Assembly: GCA_964420035.1 (NCBI GenBank)
Contig: CAYQQR010000021.1
Location: 430 to 64,429, forward strand
DNA length: 64,000 nt
Direction: 5' to 3'
Source: an uncultured Bacteroidaceae bacterium
GTDB taxonomy: Bacteria; Bacteroidota; Bacteroidia; Bacteroidales; SM23-62
The translations under genes were made by a program, and so were the position numbers. Positions 1-9,769 of this stretch are shown here, one piece after another. Numbering within the stretch: the first letter of the stretch is position 1; every line of letters starts with the position of its first letter. The notes under the pieces are model-generated. The model did not search any database. It was given only the letters and a program-made list of their open reading frames with translations, and was not told the origin of the DNA.

Positions 1-85
1 AACCGCTGAGTTAATTGCCCGGCTGGGTGCAAATTTAATAAATGATTCTGAATGAAGCTCCTATACCGAAAAATAGCAAAGCAAA

Positions 86-892
86 CTATTTCCTTCTTAA
101 CACACGGATAAGTTCTTCATCCTTATCCTGAACCGCAATATAGTTAGGACCCAGGAAATCTTCATATTTCACTTTATATTCCCTGAACTCTACAGTCTTG
201 GGAAACACTTTTCCTATAATGTAACCAAGGGGTTCGAAGAAATTGTAAAAATCATATAATAATCTATGGGATGATATATTCAAATAACCGTACTCAAATT
301 GCACAGCTCTTATATTTCCTGATTTCAGGCTATTTTCGAATCCTAAAAGTGCATCATATTCTGCTCCCTCTATATCCAATTTTAAAAAATCGACATGATC
401 AATTCCTTGTTCTCTCAGGAAATCATCACCTCGTATCAACTCAACCTTTTCTTTAGCATATCCCCCATGAGATAATCTCCTGGTTTCATAAAGACTTGAA
501 AGGGAAGTATGCTGTAGTGAGCCTGAACCAAGGATATTGATCGATTTAACTGTATTTTCCCTAAACAAGCCTTTATTAAACACCTTTATATCATCTCCCC
601 CTGTATTTTGTGTTAAGGCTTCGAAAGCCTTTTTCACCGGTTCTAAGCTATAAATAGTGCAATTACTGACTAATTCTTTACAAAGGAGCGTGTACCTGCC
701 AACATTAGCACCACCATCAATGATTACCGATGGATTGAGAATTGCAAGTTTCCGGAGAATAGTTCTTTCCCCGTTACTGTAAATGTCATGGTTCCGGTTT
801 TCATATAGGCGATTTATGCTTCTTCCTAATCCTGCTATATGCTTGAAAAACAAATTATGAGTATTTCTTTTAAAAACTCTTTTTAAAGTCAT
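86..892 (-). CDS. FkbM-family SAM-dependent methyltransferase
   Basis: 268-aa ORF with IDGGANVGRYT and FLKLDIEGAEYDAL motifs typical of FkbM-type methyltransferases. Confidence 0.75.
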   Translation of the reverse strand: MTLKRVFKRNTHNLFFKHIAGLGRSINRLYENRNHDIYSNGERTILRKLAILNPSVIIDGGANVGRYTLLCKELVSNCTIYSLEPVKKAFEALTQNTGGDDIKVFNKGLFRENTVKSINILGSGSLQHTSLSSLYETRRLSHGGYAKEKVELIRGDDFLREQGIDHVDFLKLDIEGAEYDALLGFENSLKSGNIRAVQFEYGYLNISSHRLLYDFYNFFEPLGYIIGKVFPKTVEFREYKVKYEDFLGPNYIAVQDKDEELIRVLRRK

Positions 893-910
893 AAGGGATA
901 GTATTTACAC

Positions 911-940
911 ACAAAGATGCACAAAGAAGAATAAAGAAAC
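911..940. repeat. tandem decamer x3 (acaaagatgc acaaagaaga ataaagaaac)
   Basis: Read directly. Spacer between the FkbM gene start and the permease stop. ccaccag x2 follows at 994-1007. Confidence 0.6.
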
Positions 941-1008
941 ACGCTTAAGCTTATGGATATTATTTAAGCGCGAAGCTGCTAAAATTATCGGGACCACCAG
1001 CCACCAGC

Positions 1009-2118
1009 CTAATACCACTTATAAACCCTTAGCCCTATAAGAAAACACACCAACCCCATTCCCGACAAGATCCCTGCTTCGGGGAGGACCCCGAAGAGAC
1101 CGGTGCCTTCGATGAAGATGCCCCGGATGCTGTCGGCCAGCATGGTCAGGGGCAGGACCTTGATGATGGGGATCACCGCCTCGGGGAAGTTGCTGTAGGA
1201 GAAAAAGATCCCCGACAGCACGGTCATGGGCAGGATGAACAGGTTGATCAGCCCGGTGCCCACCCGGGAATTGGCCGTCCTCGAGGAGATCAGTATGGCA
1301 AAACCCGCGAAGGCGATGTTTCCCGCCAGAAACATCAGGCCCAGGGCCGGCAGGCTTCCCTGCATTTCAATATCGAACAGGGACCTGGCAAAATAGAACA
1401 GTATCAGGGCCTCCAGGATGGTCAGGGTGAGTCTGCCGAAGAAATGGGAGATCAAAAAGTGGGATTTTCGCATGGGGGTGGCGACCATCCTTCTCAGCAG
1501 TTTCCTGGAACGCATGTCGATCAGGGCATAGCTGATCCCCCAGAGGATGGAATTCATGATCCCCAGGGCAATCAGTCCGGGGATCAGAAAATCGATATAC
1601 CGGGTGCCGGTTTGCCTCAAGACCTGTATACCCTCGGTCTGGTATACCAGCTCCTCGTTTTCAATTGCCGAGACCAGCAGGATGTAGCTCAGCTTGGATT
1701 CCGGGTTCTGGGGATCGAAATGATAGGCCATGCTGTCGGGATACTCTTCCAGGATCATGTAGGCCTGCCCGCGTTTGAGTTTCAAAATACCTTCCTCCCA
1801 GCCGGAAAGGAGGAAACGAAAACTCGTCCGGCCCAGCTTCTCGTTGACAATGCTTTTGTTCCAGCCCACCACATCGGTTTGGTCTTCATTGAGGATGGGC
1901 CGGGCATCGGCCATGAAATCCCGGAACTCCGGGTTGGGCTCTTCGAGATTTTGCACCAGGGCGATGTTCTGGACCAGCTCCTGCTGCCTGCCGAAAGCCA
2001 CCCCCAGCACCCAGGCCATCAGTATGGGGAAGATGATGGCCCAGAAAACGATACCGGGTTCCCGGAAAAATTCCTTGTAACGGATCAGGACCAGCTGTAT
2101 GAGGGGATGCCGCAACAT
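1009..2118 (-). CDS. ABC-2 type transporter permease
   Basis: ORF 1009..2181 trimmed to the ATG at 2116-2118, which overlaps the TGA of the upstream ATPase by 1 nt (TGATG). Multiple hydrophobic helices in the C-terminal half, ABC-2 permease-like. Confidence 0.75.
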   Translation of the reverse strand: MLRHPLIQLVLIRYKEFFREPGIVFWAIIFPILMAWVLGVAFGRQQELVQNIALVQNLEEPNPEFRDFMADARPILNEDQTDVVGWNKSIVNEKLGRTSFRFLLSGWEEGILKLKRGQAYMILEEYPDSMAYHFDPQNPESKLSYILLVSAIENEELVYQTEGIQVLRQTGTRYIDFLIPGLIALGIMNSILWGISYALIDMRSRKLLRRMVATPMRKSHFLISHFFGRLTLTILEALILFYFARSLFDIEMQGSLPALGLMFLAGNIAFAGFAILISSRTANSRVGTGLINLFILPMTVLSGIFFSYSNFPEAVIPIIKVLPLTMLADSIRGIFIEGTGLFGVLPEAGILSGMGLVCFLIGLRVYKWY

Positions 2119-3059
2119 CAGTCGCTCAACCTCCTTCCCGTCAGTTTGATGAAGAGGTCGTCGAGGGTCATGCGCCGGCATTCAAGCGATTCCAGGCGGA
2201 TATTTTCCTGTTCGGCCTTTTTGATCAAGAGGGGTAAACTTTCAGCGATCTGCTCGACCACCAGATGGGTCCTGCCCCGGTCGTCGGTGCGGGGTTTTTC
2301 CTTCAGACCGGGCAGCAGATCTATTTTCAGAACGGGTAGTTTTTCCCCGGCATAGAATTCAATGATCTCACCGCTGTTTTGTTCTTTCAACAGCTCTTCC
2401 AGGGTCCCACGGGCCAGCACCTTGCCCCGGTCCAGGATGACGATCCTGTCGCACAGGTAGGATGCTTCCTCCATATAATGGGTGGTCAGGATCATGGTGG
2501 TCCCCTTCTTTTTCTTCAGATCCATCAAAATATCCCAAATCTCCCGCCGGGAATTGGGATCCAGGCCCGTTGTGGGCTCATCCAGCAGCAGCACACGGGG
2601 GTGGTTCAGCAGACTGATCCCCAGGGCCAGTCTCTGGCGCTGGCCGCCCGAGAGGTTCACCACGAAGGACCTTCTTTTTTCTTCCAGGCGGATCACGGAA
2701 AGCACATAATCGATCCGCTCCTGCTGCTGCCCGTAAAAGGAAGCAAACAGGCGCATGGTCTCGTTTACGGTAAGCTTATCGATAAAACGGGTTTCCTGAA
2801 GCGAGATGCCTATAGACGCGTGCAGCTCGTCGCGGTTGTGGGACCAGGTTTTTTTCAGCAAGCGGATCTCCCCGCTATCGGGCTGCTGCAAGCCCTCGAT
2901 CATCTCCACCAGGGTGGTCTTGCCTGCTCCGTTCGGGCCGAGCAGGGCAACGAATTCCCCCCGGTGAATGGACAGGCTGATGCCATCCACCGCCTTGACG
3001 TCCTTGAAGTATTTCTTTACTTCCCTGACTTCAATTACCTCTTCGGGTATTCCGGTCAT
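2118..3059 (-). CDS. ABC transporter ATP-binding protein
   Basis: Walker A GPNGAGKTT, signature LSGGQRQRL, Walker B LLLDEPTTGLD. Confidence 0.9.
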   Translation of the reverse strand: MTGIPEEVIEVREVKKYFKDVKAVDGISLSIHRGEFVALLGPNGAGKTTLVEMIEGLQQPDSGEIRLLKKTWSHNRDELHASIGISLQETRFIDKLTVNETMRLFASFYGQQQERIDYVLSVIRLEEKRRSFVVNLSGGQRQRLALGISLLNHPRVLLLDEPTTGLDPNSRREIWDILMDLKKKKGTTMILTTHYMEEASYLCDRIVILDRGKVLARGTLEELLKEQNSGEIIEFYAGEKLPVLKIDLLPGLKEKPRTDDRGRTHLVVEQIAESLPLLIKKAEQENIRLESLECRRMTLDDLFIKLTGRRLSD

Positions 3060-3119
3060 AGATCAGGTGATCGGTACAGGCATGTAAACACGGCCGGGAT
3101 ATTTTGGTTCAACCGGGGA

Positions 3120-3839
3120 TCAATCCAGGCTGGCCTGTACCCCGTTGGTCTTTACCACATCCTTGAGCTTGGATGCTTTGATGTTAAAGGACAGCGAGAT
3201 ATAGAAGACCTGGGTTTGTTCGTAATCGGCATAATCGACCGGGTTACCGAAATCTTCACCCGAAAAATCCTTGTTCAGAAAATCATCCAGGTAATACTTG
3301 AACCGCAGGTCGATCCCTCCAGGGAACTGGATGCCGGCAAAGACCGAGGGGACGAACAGGTTGGTCCGGTCGCTGAACCACTCGGTATACTTGGTTTTGT
3401 CGTTACCCACAAACAATTTCTGCTTGTAATGGAACAGGAGTTCGTATTCCCCGCCGGCATAGAACCAGTAATGCTTGTCGAAATTACCCACTTTTACGGC
3501 CAGGGGTACCCCCAGGGTGTAAGCACGGCGCTTGATCTTTTCGTTCGATGCAACGGTCAGGTGCCCCTCGTCCTCGGTGATGAATCCAACATTCCGGATG
3601 GCCCCGCCGCTGTACAGACCGATATAGTTGTTGAAATCGTAGTTTACATAGTTCCCGTAATGGAAGAACATGGTGAAACGCAGATTGGTACTGATGTTCC
3701 TGTTGTTATAAGTCACATCCGAGAACTGGAACAGGAGTTCCCCGCTGTTCCGGGTATACCGTTTGTCTCTTTCTTCTTTTTGTCCGGACACCTGGATGCC
3801 CAGCAATAAAAGCAACAGCAATGCAATATTTTTCTGCAT
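3120..3839 (-). CDS. putative outer-membrane beta-barrel protein (hypothetical)
   Basis: Start taken at MQKNIALLLLLLLGIQVSGQ (signal peptide). Alternating aromatic/Gly-rich beta-strand pattern. No specific family recognised. Confidence 0.45.
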   Translation of the reverse strand: MQKNIALLLLLLLGIQVSGQKEERDKRYTRNSGELLFQFSDVTYNNRNISTNLRFTMFFHYGNYVNYDFNNYIGLYSGGAIRNVGFITEDEGHLTVASNEKIKRRAYTLGVPLAVKVGNFDKHYWFYAGGEYELLFHYKQKLFVGNDKTKYTEWFSDRTNLFVPSVFAGIQFPGGIDLRFKYYLDDFLNKDFSGEDFGNPVDYADYEQTQVFYISLSFNIKASKLKDVVKTNGVQASLD

Positions 3840-3914
3840 GATCATAATCCTGATTACGGTGTCCAAAACTAATCAATATTTTCTACAGCATCCAGACATG
3901 CAGGAAAATAAGGT

Positions 3915-5120
3915 TTATTTCAATTGACCCAGGATGCGCCGGCTCAGGGTTTCACCGATCGACAGGGCCGAGGTTGCAGCAGGGGACGGGGCATTCAACA
4001 CATGAACGGCTCCTTTATCTTCCAGGATCAAAAAATCATCGATCTGTCTGCCGAAGCGGTCACAAGCCTGCGCCCGCACACCGGCCCCGCCTTTTTCGAG
4101 CTGATCCTTTTTGATGGCAGGTACCAGTCGTTGCAGGGCCCTTGTAAATGCAGTCTTATTATAAGATCGCCGGTATTCTCCCAAACCGGTTTTCCAGTAT
4201 TGTTTCATGATCTTGCGAAACCCGGGCCAGGCAAGGGAACGGCTGATATCCCTGAAAGAAAAGTCTGACTTTCGGTAACCTTCCTTTTTGAATGCAAAGA
4301 CCGCGTTGGGACCGGCTTCGATCCCCCCGTTGATCATGCGGGTAAGGTGTACTCCCAAAAAGGGGAAATCCGGGTCGGGCACCGGGTAGATCAGGTTCCG
4401 GACCAGACCCCGGTATTTTGCTTTCAACCCGTAATATTCACCCCGGAAGGGAATGATGCGCACATCCAGCCGGCCCCGGTCCAGCAGGGCCACTTCATCC
4501 GACAGCAGGCCGGCGGTGTTCACCACCATCCGGGTGTTCAACTCCCTGTTTGTACTTATAACCACCCGGCCACCCGGGATTTCCTTGATCTGCCGCACCC
4601 TTTCTCCCGGGAAGATATGTCCCCCGTATTTTTTTTGGGCTATGGATGCGATCGCACCGGAAACTTTCTCGAAGTCGATGATCCCGGTATACGGCACGTG
4701 TATGGCTTCCAGCCCGGCGGCATGCGGTTCGATCTCCCGGAAGGCCTCCGGTTTTAAAAGCCGGATCCGGTCCAGTCCGTTTTCCTTTCCTCTCTCATAA
4801 AGCCTGTGCAGCTCCGGGATCTCTTCCGGGCGGGTGGCCAGGATCAGTTTGCCGCAAATGTCATGGGGGATGTTCTCCTGCCGGGCAAATTCTATAAGCA
4901 TCCGGTAACCTCGCAGGCAGTTTTGGGCCTTCAGGCTCCCGGGTGAATAATAGATCCCCGAGTGGATCACACCGCTGTTGTTACCGGACTGGTGCGCTGC
5001 CAGCCGGTTCTCTTTTTCAAGCAGGCCCACCTTCAGATCCGGCCTGTCCTCCAGCAGCTTCAGCTGGGTGGAAAGTCCGACGATGCCGCCTCCGATGATG
5101 AGTACATCAAAGTGTTCCAT
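3915..5120 (-). CDS. lhgO: L-2-hydroxyglutarate oxidase-like FAD-dependent oxidoreductase
   Basis: N-terminal DVLIIGGGIVG FAD fold and HQSGNNSGVIHSGIYY motif typical of LhgO. Confidence 0.75.
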   Translation of the reverse strand: MEHFDVLIIGGGIVGLSTQLKLLEDRPDLKVGLLEKENRLAAHQSGNNSGVIHSGIYYSPGSLKAQNCLRGYRMLIEFARQENIPHDICGKLILATRPEEIPELHRLYERGKENGLDRIRLLKPEAFREIEPHAAGLEAIHVPYTGIIDFEKVSGAIASIAQKKYGGHIFPGERVRQIKEIPGGRVVISTNRELNTRMVVNTAGLLSDEVALLDRGRLDVRIIPFRGEYYGLKAKYRGLVRNLIYPVPDPDFPFLGVHLTRMINGGIEAGPNAVFAFKKEGYRKSDFSFRDISRSLAWPGFRKIMKQYWKTGLGEYRRSYNKTAFTRALQRLVPAIKKDQLEKGGAGVRAQACDRFGRQIDDFLILEDKGAVHVLNAPSPAATSALSIGETLSRRILGQLK

Positions 5121-5127
5121 GCTTCGT

Positions 5128-5937
5128 TCATCTCAGGTTTTTCATCATGATTTCCCGGTAGCTTCCACCGATCTCGCGGATCACCGGCTGACCGGGGTCA
5201 AAACTTTGCTTTACCAGCTGCCTTACCGGAAGGATGGCCGGGGAGGTTCCGGAAATAAAACAGCCTTCGAAACCGTCAATTTCCTGAAGGCAGATGTGTT
5301 CTTCCTTACAGCCAATTTGCCGTTCCCTGCAGATCTGCTGCACGTGTTTCCGGGTGATCCCCTCGAGGATCCGGTCCGGGGGAGGGGTGTAAACGGTCCT
5401 GCCCCTGGTGAAATAAACGTTGGACCGGGAACCTTCCAGGATGATATCCTGATCATCTGCCAAAATGGCTTCGTAGATGCCTTTTTGTTTAATGAATTCT
5501 TGTACCGACCTGCGGAATTCCCCCGACCATTGCTTGATGTTCGGGTGGATCCTTTCCCAGTGAAAAATATCCGTCCGGACCCCCTCCCGGTATTCTTCCT
5601 TTGTGGGATAGCGATGCGGGATAAAATAGGCCCAGAAGGTCATGCCGCCGGCACCCTGATGGACCAGGTATTTGATGTTGCCCGTTTTTTCCCTGTTCGA
5701 AAGGATCAGGTCGTGCAGGCAGATCAGGATCTCCTGGTCCTTCCAGGGGATGTTCCAGTCTTTAGCCCGGAGGGCATGATGGAGACGGTCCATGTGATCC
5801 CCGAAGAAGAGCAGCTTGCCTTCCATGACCCGTATGACCTCATAGATGATCGCTCCTTCCAGTTCCTCCGGGGGAACAAAATCCCGGTTCGGTCTCAGGC
5901 GGCAATCCCGGATATGATATTTATGCAAGGCATGCAT
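5128..5937 (-). CDS. aminotransferase class IV family protein (IlvE/PabC-like)
   Basis: 269 aa. HPNIKQ Lys motif and EGSRSNVYF ... EGITRK motifs of fold-type IV PLP enzymes. Confidence 0.65.
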   Translation of the reverse strand: MHALHKYHIRDCRLRPNRDFVPPEELEGAIIYEVIRVMEGKLLFFGDHMDRLHHALRAKDWNIPWKDQEILICLHDLILSNREKTGNIKYLVHQGAGGMTFWAYFIPHRYPTKEEYREGVRTDIFHWERIHPNIKQWSGEFRRSVQEFIKQKGIYEAILADDQDIILEGSRSNVYFTRGRTVYTPPPDRILEGITRKHVQQICRERQIGCKEEHICLQEIDGFEGCFISGTSPAILPVRQLVKQSFDPGQPVIREIGGSYREIMMKNLR

Positions 5938-5999
5938 AAGAATTTGACAAAGATAATGGCTGTAATTGATTAACTTAGCTGTTTGAAAACACCGGCAGG

Positions 6000-8339
6000 A
6001 TGAAACGCCTATTACTTCCAGGCCTCTTTTTCCTCTATATAGCAGGGACCGGGGCCCAGGTTGCCGAGCTAAAGCTCACCGAATTCAAAGAACTCAGCGG
6101 TTATGAAGAATACGTCATGGACGCCGGGTTTTCCCCCTTCGGCAAGTATTTCGCCCTGACCGTGGGCAACAACCGCGTTGAGGTCTATAACGATTTATGG
6201 GAAAAGATATGGGAACACCAGGGCAACCCGAAGTCCGTGGGCGGAAAACTGGTCTTTTCACCCGACGAACGATTTCTTTTCTTTTCCAAATACCGAACCA
6301 ACAATGATGTGGCCGTTCTCGACCTGGCCCGGCTGGAAGTGATCCAGGTACTCACGGGCCACAGCGATCATATCCAGGCCCTGGCGCTTTCGAAGGATGG
6401 TAGATATCTGGCAACGGCCTGCCAGGACCGCCTGGTGAGGGTCTGGGAATGGGACGGGGAGCAGTTCCGCTTCCTCCAGGAGATCGGCGACCACGGGCAG
6501 CCGGTCAGGGACGTGGTCTTCAGCAATGATCATGTCTTCCTGATATCCGTTGGCGATTCCAGGAAGGTGGTGATCAAACAACTTAAGGGTGGAATCTACA
6601 AAGATTTCCAGGTGATCATTCCGGGCCGGACCTACATCGATGAAATTGCCTACCACCCGCTCAGGGATGAATTCGTGGTCACCTCGGACGATAAATTCAA
6701 GATCTTCAGCTTTCAAAAGGGTGAATTCTCGGTAACCGACAGCATCGAGGACCGCGAAGCCGCTTACCGCGGGTATTTCCTGTCCTTCAGTCCCATGGGG
6801 GAATACCTGGCTGCCGGCTATTCGTCAGAGATCCATTTCTGGAAATACGACGGGAAGGATTATCCCCTGGAAACATCCCTTTACAGGCATTTTGCCGTGG
6901 TCTTCGATGTAACTTTCAGCCAGGACGGGCAATATGTGGTCTCTTCCAGCAAGGACCAGTCGGCGGTGATTTGGAAGGCGGAAGGATTGACACCGACTCC
7001 TTCTTCTTTAATAGCCAGATACCTGGGCAGGCCCCTGAACAGCGTTCAGAAAAACATACTCAAGCCTGAATTGCAGCAGAAATTATTGAAGTCCATCGAT
7101 GCTTCCCTCACCGCACCCAGGGATGAATTTGAGACCGCGGAAGACCACGGGAAAAGGAAACAGCGGCTGTCCGCCGAGACCTTGAAGCAGTTGCAGCTCC
7201 TCACCGAAGAAGCCCTGGATATCGGGTATTCCCCCAGGACCGGGATGATCTCTGCAGGGGTGGATGAACCTGTAACCTATAACGCGGACCGAGAGGTCTA
7301 TACCATCCGGGCCATGATGGCCGGGGCCCGGGTGAAGATCCCCCTGGCGGAAGCCAGGGAATTCAGGGACAACTACCATAAATACAATATTGTTGCCAAA
7401 AGAAAGATCAGTGATGACGGGGTCAGCTTTGATTACAGGGATTTCACCCTGGTATCCCCGGACGGCAAGCTGAAATATGAAGTTGAATTTGAGGAAAATC
7501 CCCTCCGGCCCGAAGTAGAAAAGTCCCCTCCCGGATTGCTGGTCAAGGGCAGTCAGGGCGACAGCGAGGTGATCGAGTTCCGTGGCGAAGCCGGGGCTGG
7601 TATGGAGGAAGGACGAACCATCGCTTTGCTTTTTGCAACGAACCTCTATGACGGGGGATTCAACCGGCTGGTCAATCCCATACAGGATGCACAGACTTTG
7701 GCTGCAGAACTGTCGGAGCATTACGGGGCAAGAACCGAGGTGGTCAAGAATGCCACCTTGGAAGAAAGCATCGCGAAGATCCGGGAATACGCGGCCAGGG
7801 AATATCAGCCCAACGACAGGCTGCTGATCTTTTTTGCCGGTCATGGCATGTTCGACGATATTTTCAAGGAAGGCTATGTCATCCTTCGCGACTCCAAGGT
7901 CTTTGATGAGACCAAGACCACCTACCTTTCCCATTCCAACCTGCGCACCATGGTCAATAACATTCCCTGCGAACACATCATGCTGATCATGGACGTGTGC
8001 TTCGGGGGCACCTTTGATCCCCTGATCGCTTCCACCGACCGGGGCAGTAATATTTACGGAGACATTACCCAATCGGAGTTCATTGCCCGGAAGATGAAAT
8101 TCAAAACCCGGCTGTATTTGACCTCCGGCGGGAAGGAATATGTACCCGACGGCCGGCCGGGCATGCATTCCCCCTTTACGCGGAAGATCCTGGAGGCCCT
8201 TCGGGGCTACGGGGGAAAGGACGGGATCCTCACCGTCAACGAGATCATCACTGCAGTCGAAAAGGTCGAGCCCCAGCCGCGTTTCGGAGAGTTCGGGGAT
8301 AATGAGCCGGGGTCGGATTTTATTCTTATCGCTAAATAG
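6000..8339 (+). CDS. secreted WD40-repeat / caspase-like (peptidase C14) fusion protein
   Basis: Signal peptide MKRLLLPGLFFLYIAGTGAQ. WD40-type repeats at about aa 30-330 (LTGHSDHIQALALSKDGRYLATACQDRLVRVWEW). C-terminal caspase fold with FFAGHG (His615, nt 7842-7844) and MDVCFGG (Cys667, nt 7998-8000). Confidence 0.8.
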   Translation: MKRLLLPGLFFLYIAGTGAQVAELKLTEFKELSGYEEYVMDAGFSPFGKYFALTVGNNRVEVYNDLWEKIWEHQGNPKSVGGKLVFSPDERFLFFSKYRTNNDVAVLDLARLEVIQVLTGHSDHIQALALSKDGRYLATACQDRLVRVWEWDGEQFRFLQEIGDHGQPVRDVVFSNDHVFLISVGDSRKVVIKQLKGGIYKDFQVIIPGRTYIDEIAYHPLRDEFVVTSDDKFKIFSFQKGEFSVTDSIEDREAAYRGYFLSFSPMGEYLAAGYSSEIHFWKYDGKDYPLETSLYRHFAVVFDVTFSQDGQYVVSSSKDQSAVIWKAEGLTPTPSSLIARYLGRPLNSVQKNILKPELQQKLLKSIDASLTAPRDEFETAEDHGKRKQRLSAETLKQLQLLTEEALDIGYSPRTGMISAGVDEPVTYNADREVYTIRAMMAGARVKIPLAEAREFRDNYHKYNIVAKRKISDDGVSFDYRDFTLVSPDGKLKYEVEFEENPLRPEVEKSPPGLLVKGSQGDSEVIEFRGEAGAGMEEGRTIALLFATNLYDGGFNRLVNPIQDAQTLAAELSEHYGARTEVVKNATLEESIAKIREYAAREYQPNDRLLIFFAGHGMFDDIFKEGYVILRDSKVFDETKTTYLSHSNLRTMVNNIPCEHIMLIMDVCFGGTFDPLIASTDRGSNIYGDITQSEFIARKMKFKTRLYLTSGGKEYVPDGRPGMHSPFTRKILEALRGYGGKDGILTVNEIITAVEKVEPQPRFGEFGDNEPGSDFILIAK

Positions 8340-8362
8340 TTCCTGAGTTCCTGTGTTCCTGA
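8339..8362. repeat. tandem octamer x3 (gttcctga gttcctgt gttcctga)
   Basis: Read directly. Begins in the stop codon of the WD40-caspase gene. The complementary caggaac at 8396-8402 could pair with it. Confidence 0.7.
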
Positions 8363-8411
8363 ATTTCTAAGTTCGGATATGAGTTGAAGTGAACCCAGGA
8401 ACCAAGAAGAT

Positions 8412-9095
8412 TCAGAGAATCTTCTTAATATTTTCCGTGACGATATGCCCGTCGAAGAGTTGAATGATACGGTGGGCTTTTTCGGCGTCGGTAGGAGAGT
8501 GGGTCACCATCACGATGGTGGTGCCGTCCTTGTTCAGCTCGGTGAGCAGGTTCATCACTTCTTCCCCGTTGGCAGAGTCGAGGTTACCCGTGGGCTCGTC
8601 TGCCAGGATCAGACTGGGCTTGATGACCACGGCCCGGGCGATGGCCACCCTTTGTTGCTGACCGCCCGATAGCTGCTGGGGAAAATGTTTCCTGCGGTGG
8701 GCGATCTTCATTCTTCCCAGTACCTCGTTGACCTTTCGCTTTCTATCGGAACCTGACATGTTGAGATAAAGAAGAGGCAGTTCCACATTCTCAAATACGG
8801 TGAGTTCATCGATGAGGTTGAAACTTTGGAAAACGAAGCCGATGTTCCCTTTTCTCATGTTGGTCCGCTGCCTTTCTTTCAGGTGCCCGACTTCCTGGTC
8901 GTCGAAATACAACTCCCCTGAGGTGGGATTATCCAACAAACCCAGTATGTTCAGCAAGGTTGATTTACCGCAACCCGAAGGTCCCATGACGGTGACGAAT
9001 TCTCCTTCCCGGACCTTCATGTTCACCTTGTTCAGGGCCGTGGTTTCGACCTCATCGGTACGGAATATCTTAACAAGCTCTTTGGTTTCAATCAT
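8412..9095 (-). CDS. ABC transporter ATP-binding protein (MacB/LolD/FtsE-like), no adjacent permease
   Basis: Walker A GPSGCGKST, LSGGQQQRV, ILADEPTGNLD. Start moved to the MIETKELVKIF ATG at 9095. Confidence 0.85.
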   Translation of the reverse strand: MIETKELVKIFRTDEVETTALNKVNMKVREGEFVTVMGPSGCGKSTLLNILGLLDNPTSGELYFDDQEVGHLKERQRTNMRKGNIGFVFQSFNLIDELTVFENVELPLLYLNMSGSDRKRKVNEVLGRMKIAHRRKHFPQQLSGGQQQRVAIARAVVIKPSLILADEPTGNLDSANGEEVMNLLTELNKDGTTIVMVTHSPTDAEKAHRIIQLFDGHIVTENIKKIL

Positions 9096-9284
9096 GGTCA
9101 AAGGCATTAAGTGTGACTTAAACAGCAAAGGTAAAGGATAATTTCATACCTTGAAGCAACAAAGGCACCCGGGGATTGGTCTGTATACCTAATTTGATTG
9201 CGTAAATCCGTGATTTTATTTATATTGGTGTCATCAATGGGTCATGAACCATGGGTTTAACATGACCCTGAAAAAGCTTCCGCC

Positions 9285-9659
9285 ATGGGTAAAATGGTTT
9301 TTTTTGTCGATGACGACCCGATGATCCTGAACTTACTGGAATATACCTTTAAAAGCAGATCCGGTATTGATGTACGAACCTTTTTAAGTGGAGAAGAGTG
9401 CCTGAAGAGTTTGCACGAGAAGCCCGATGTGATCGTTCTGGATCATATGTTTCCACAAAAAGGCGCTGAGGACGGACTGAACCTGTTGGAAAAGATCCGT
9501 AAGCACAATAACAACATTTCTGTCATCGTCCTTTCCAGTCAGCAGGACCAGTCGCTGATCCCCAAATTCATAGAAAAAGGTGCCAGTAGATATATTGCCA
9601 AAGACGATTATTTCATTGATTCCCTGATCGAAGCCATTGAGAAAGAAGTACACCCCTGA
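9285..9659 (+). CDS. stand-alone response regulator receiver protein (CheY-like)
   Basis: 124 aa. VDDD acidic pocket, phospho-acceptor-like D in VIVLDHMFP, conserved K in YIAKD. No output domain. Confidence 0.85.
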   Translation: MGKMVFFVDDDPMILNLLEYTFKSRSGIDVRTFLSGEECLKSLHEKPDVIVLDHMFPQKGAEDGLNLLEKIRKHNNNISVIVLSSQQDQSLIPKFIEKGASRYIAKDDYFIDSLIEAIEKEVHP

Positions 9660-9744
9660 ACGGACAGGTACAGGTTTTTGCTTTCAATGTTTCTTCCAGG
9701 CGGGGGTTCCCGGTTGTTTTCTTTTTGATATTTAATTTTATTTA

Positions 9745-9752
9745 TACTTTTG
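9745..9752 (+). promoter_or_regulatory. Bacteroidota -7 promoter box TAnnTTTG (TACTTTTG) upstream of yceD-rpmF-plsX-fabH
   Basis: Perfect match to the consensus, 18 nt upstream of the GTG at 9770. Confidence 0.5.
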
Positions 9753-9769
9753 CACCACTAAATTTGTGT

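Noticed and set aside
2379-3809. 476-aa plus-strand ORF spanning the ABC ATPase and the OMP gene (also 1444..2355 and 1775..2080)
   Set aside because: It runs antisense to genes with clear Walker/ABC motifs. The product is low-complexity and rich in G/P/Q/H with no recognisable motif, a typical shadow ORF in GC3-rich coding DNA.
7083-8168. 361-aa minus-strand ORF inside the WD40-caspase gene
   Set aside because: It is antisense to a gene with clear WD40 and caspase motifs. Its composition is Gly/Pro-rich and featureless.
6000-9659. Possibility that the WD40-caspase gene, the orphan ABC ATPase and the orphan response regulator form one system
   Set aside because: The ATPase is convergent with the caspase gene, and the regulator is divergent from the ATPase with its own leader. 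There is no shared transcription unit, and I know of no link among these families. I treat them as independent genes.
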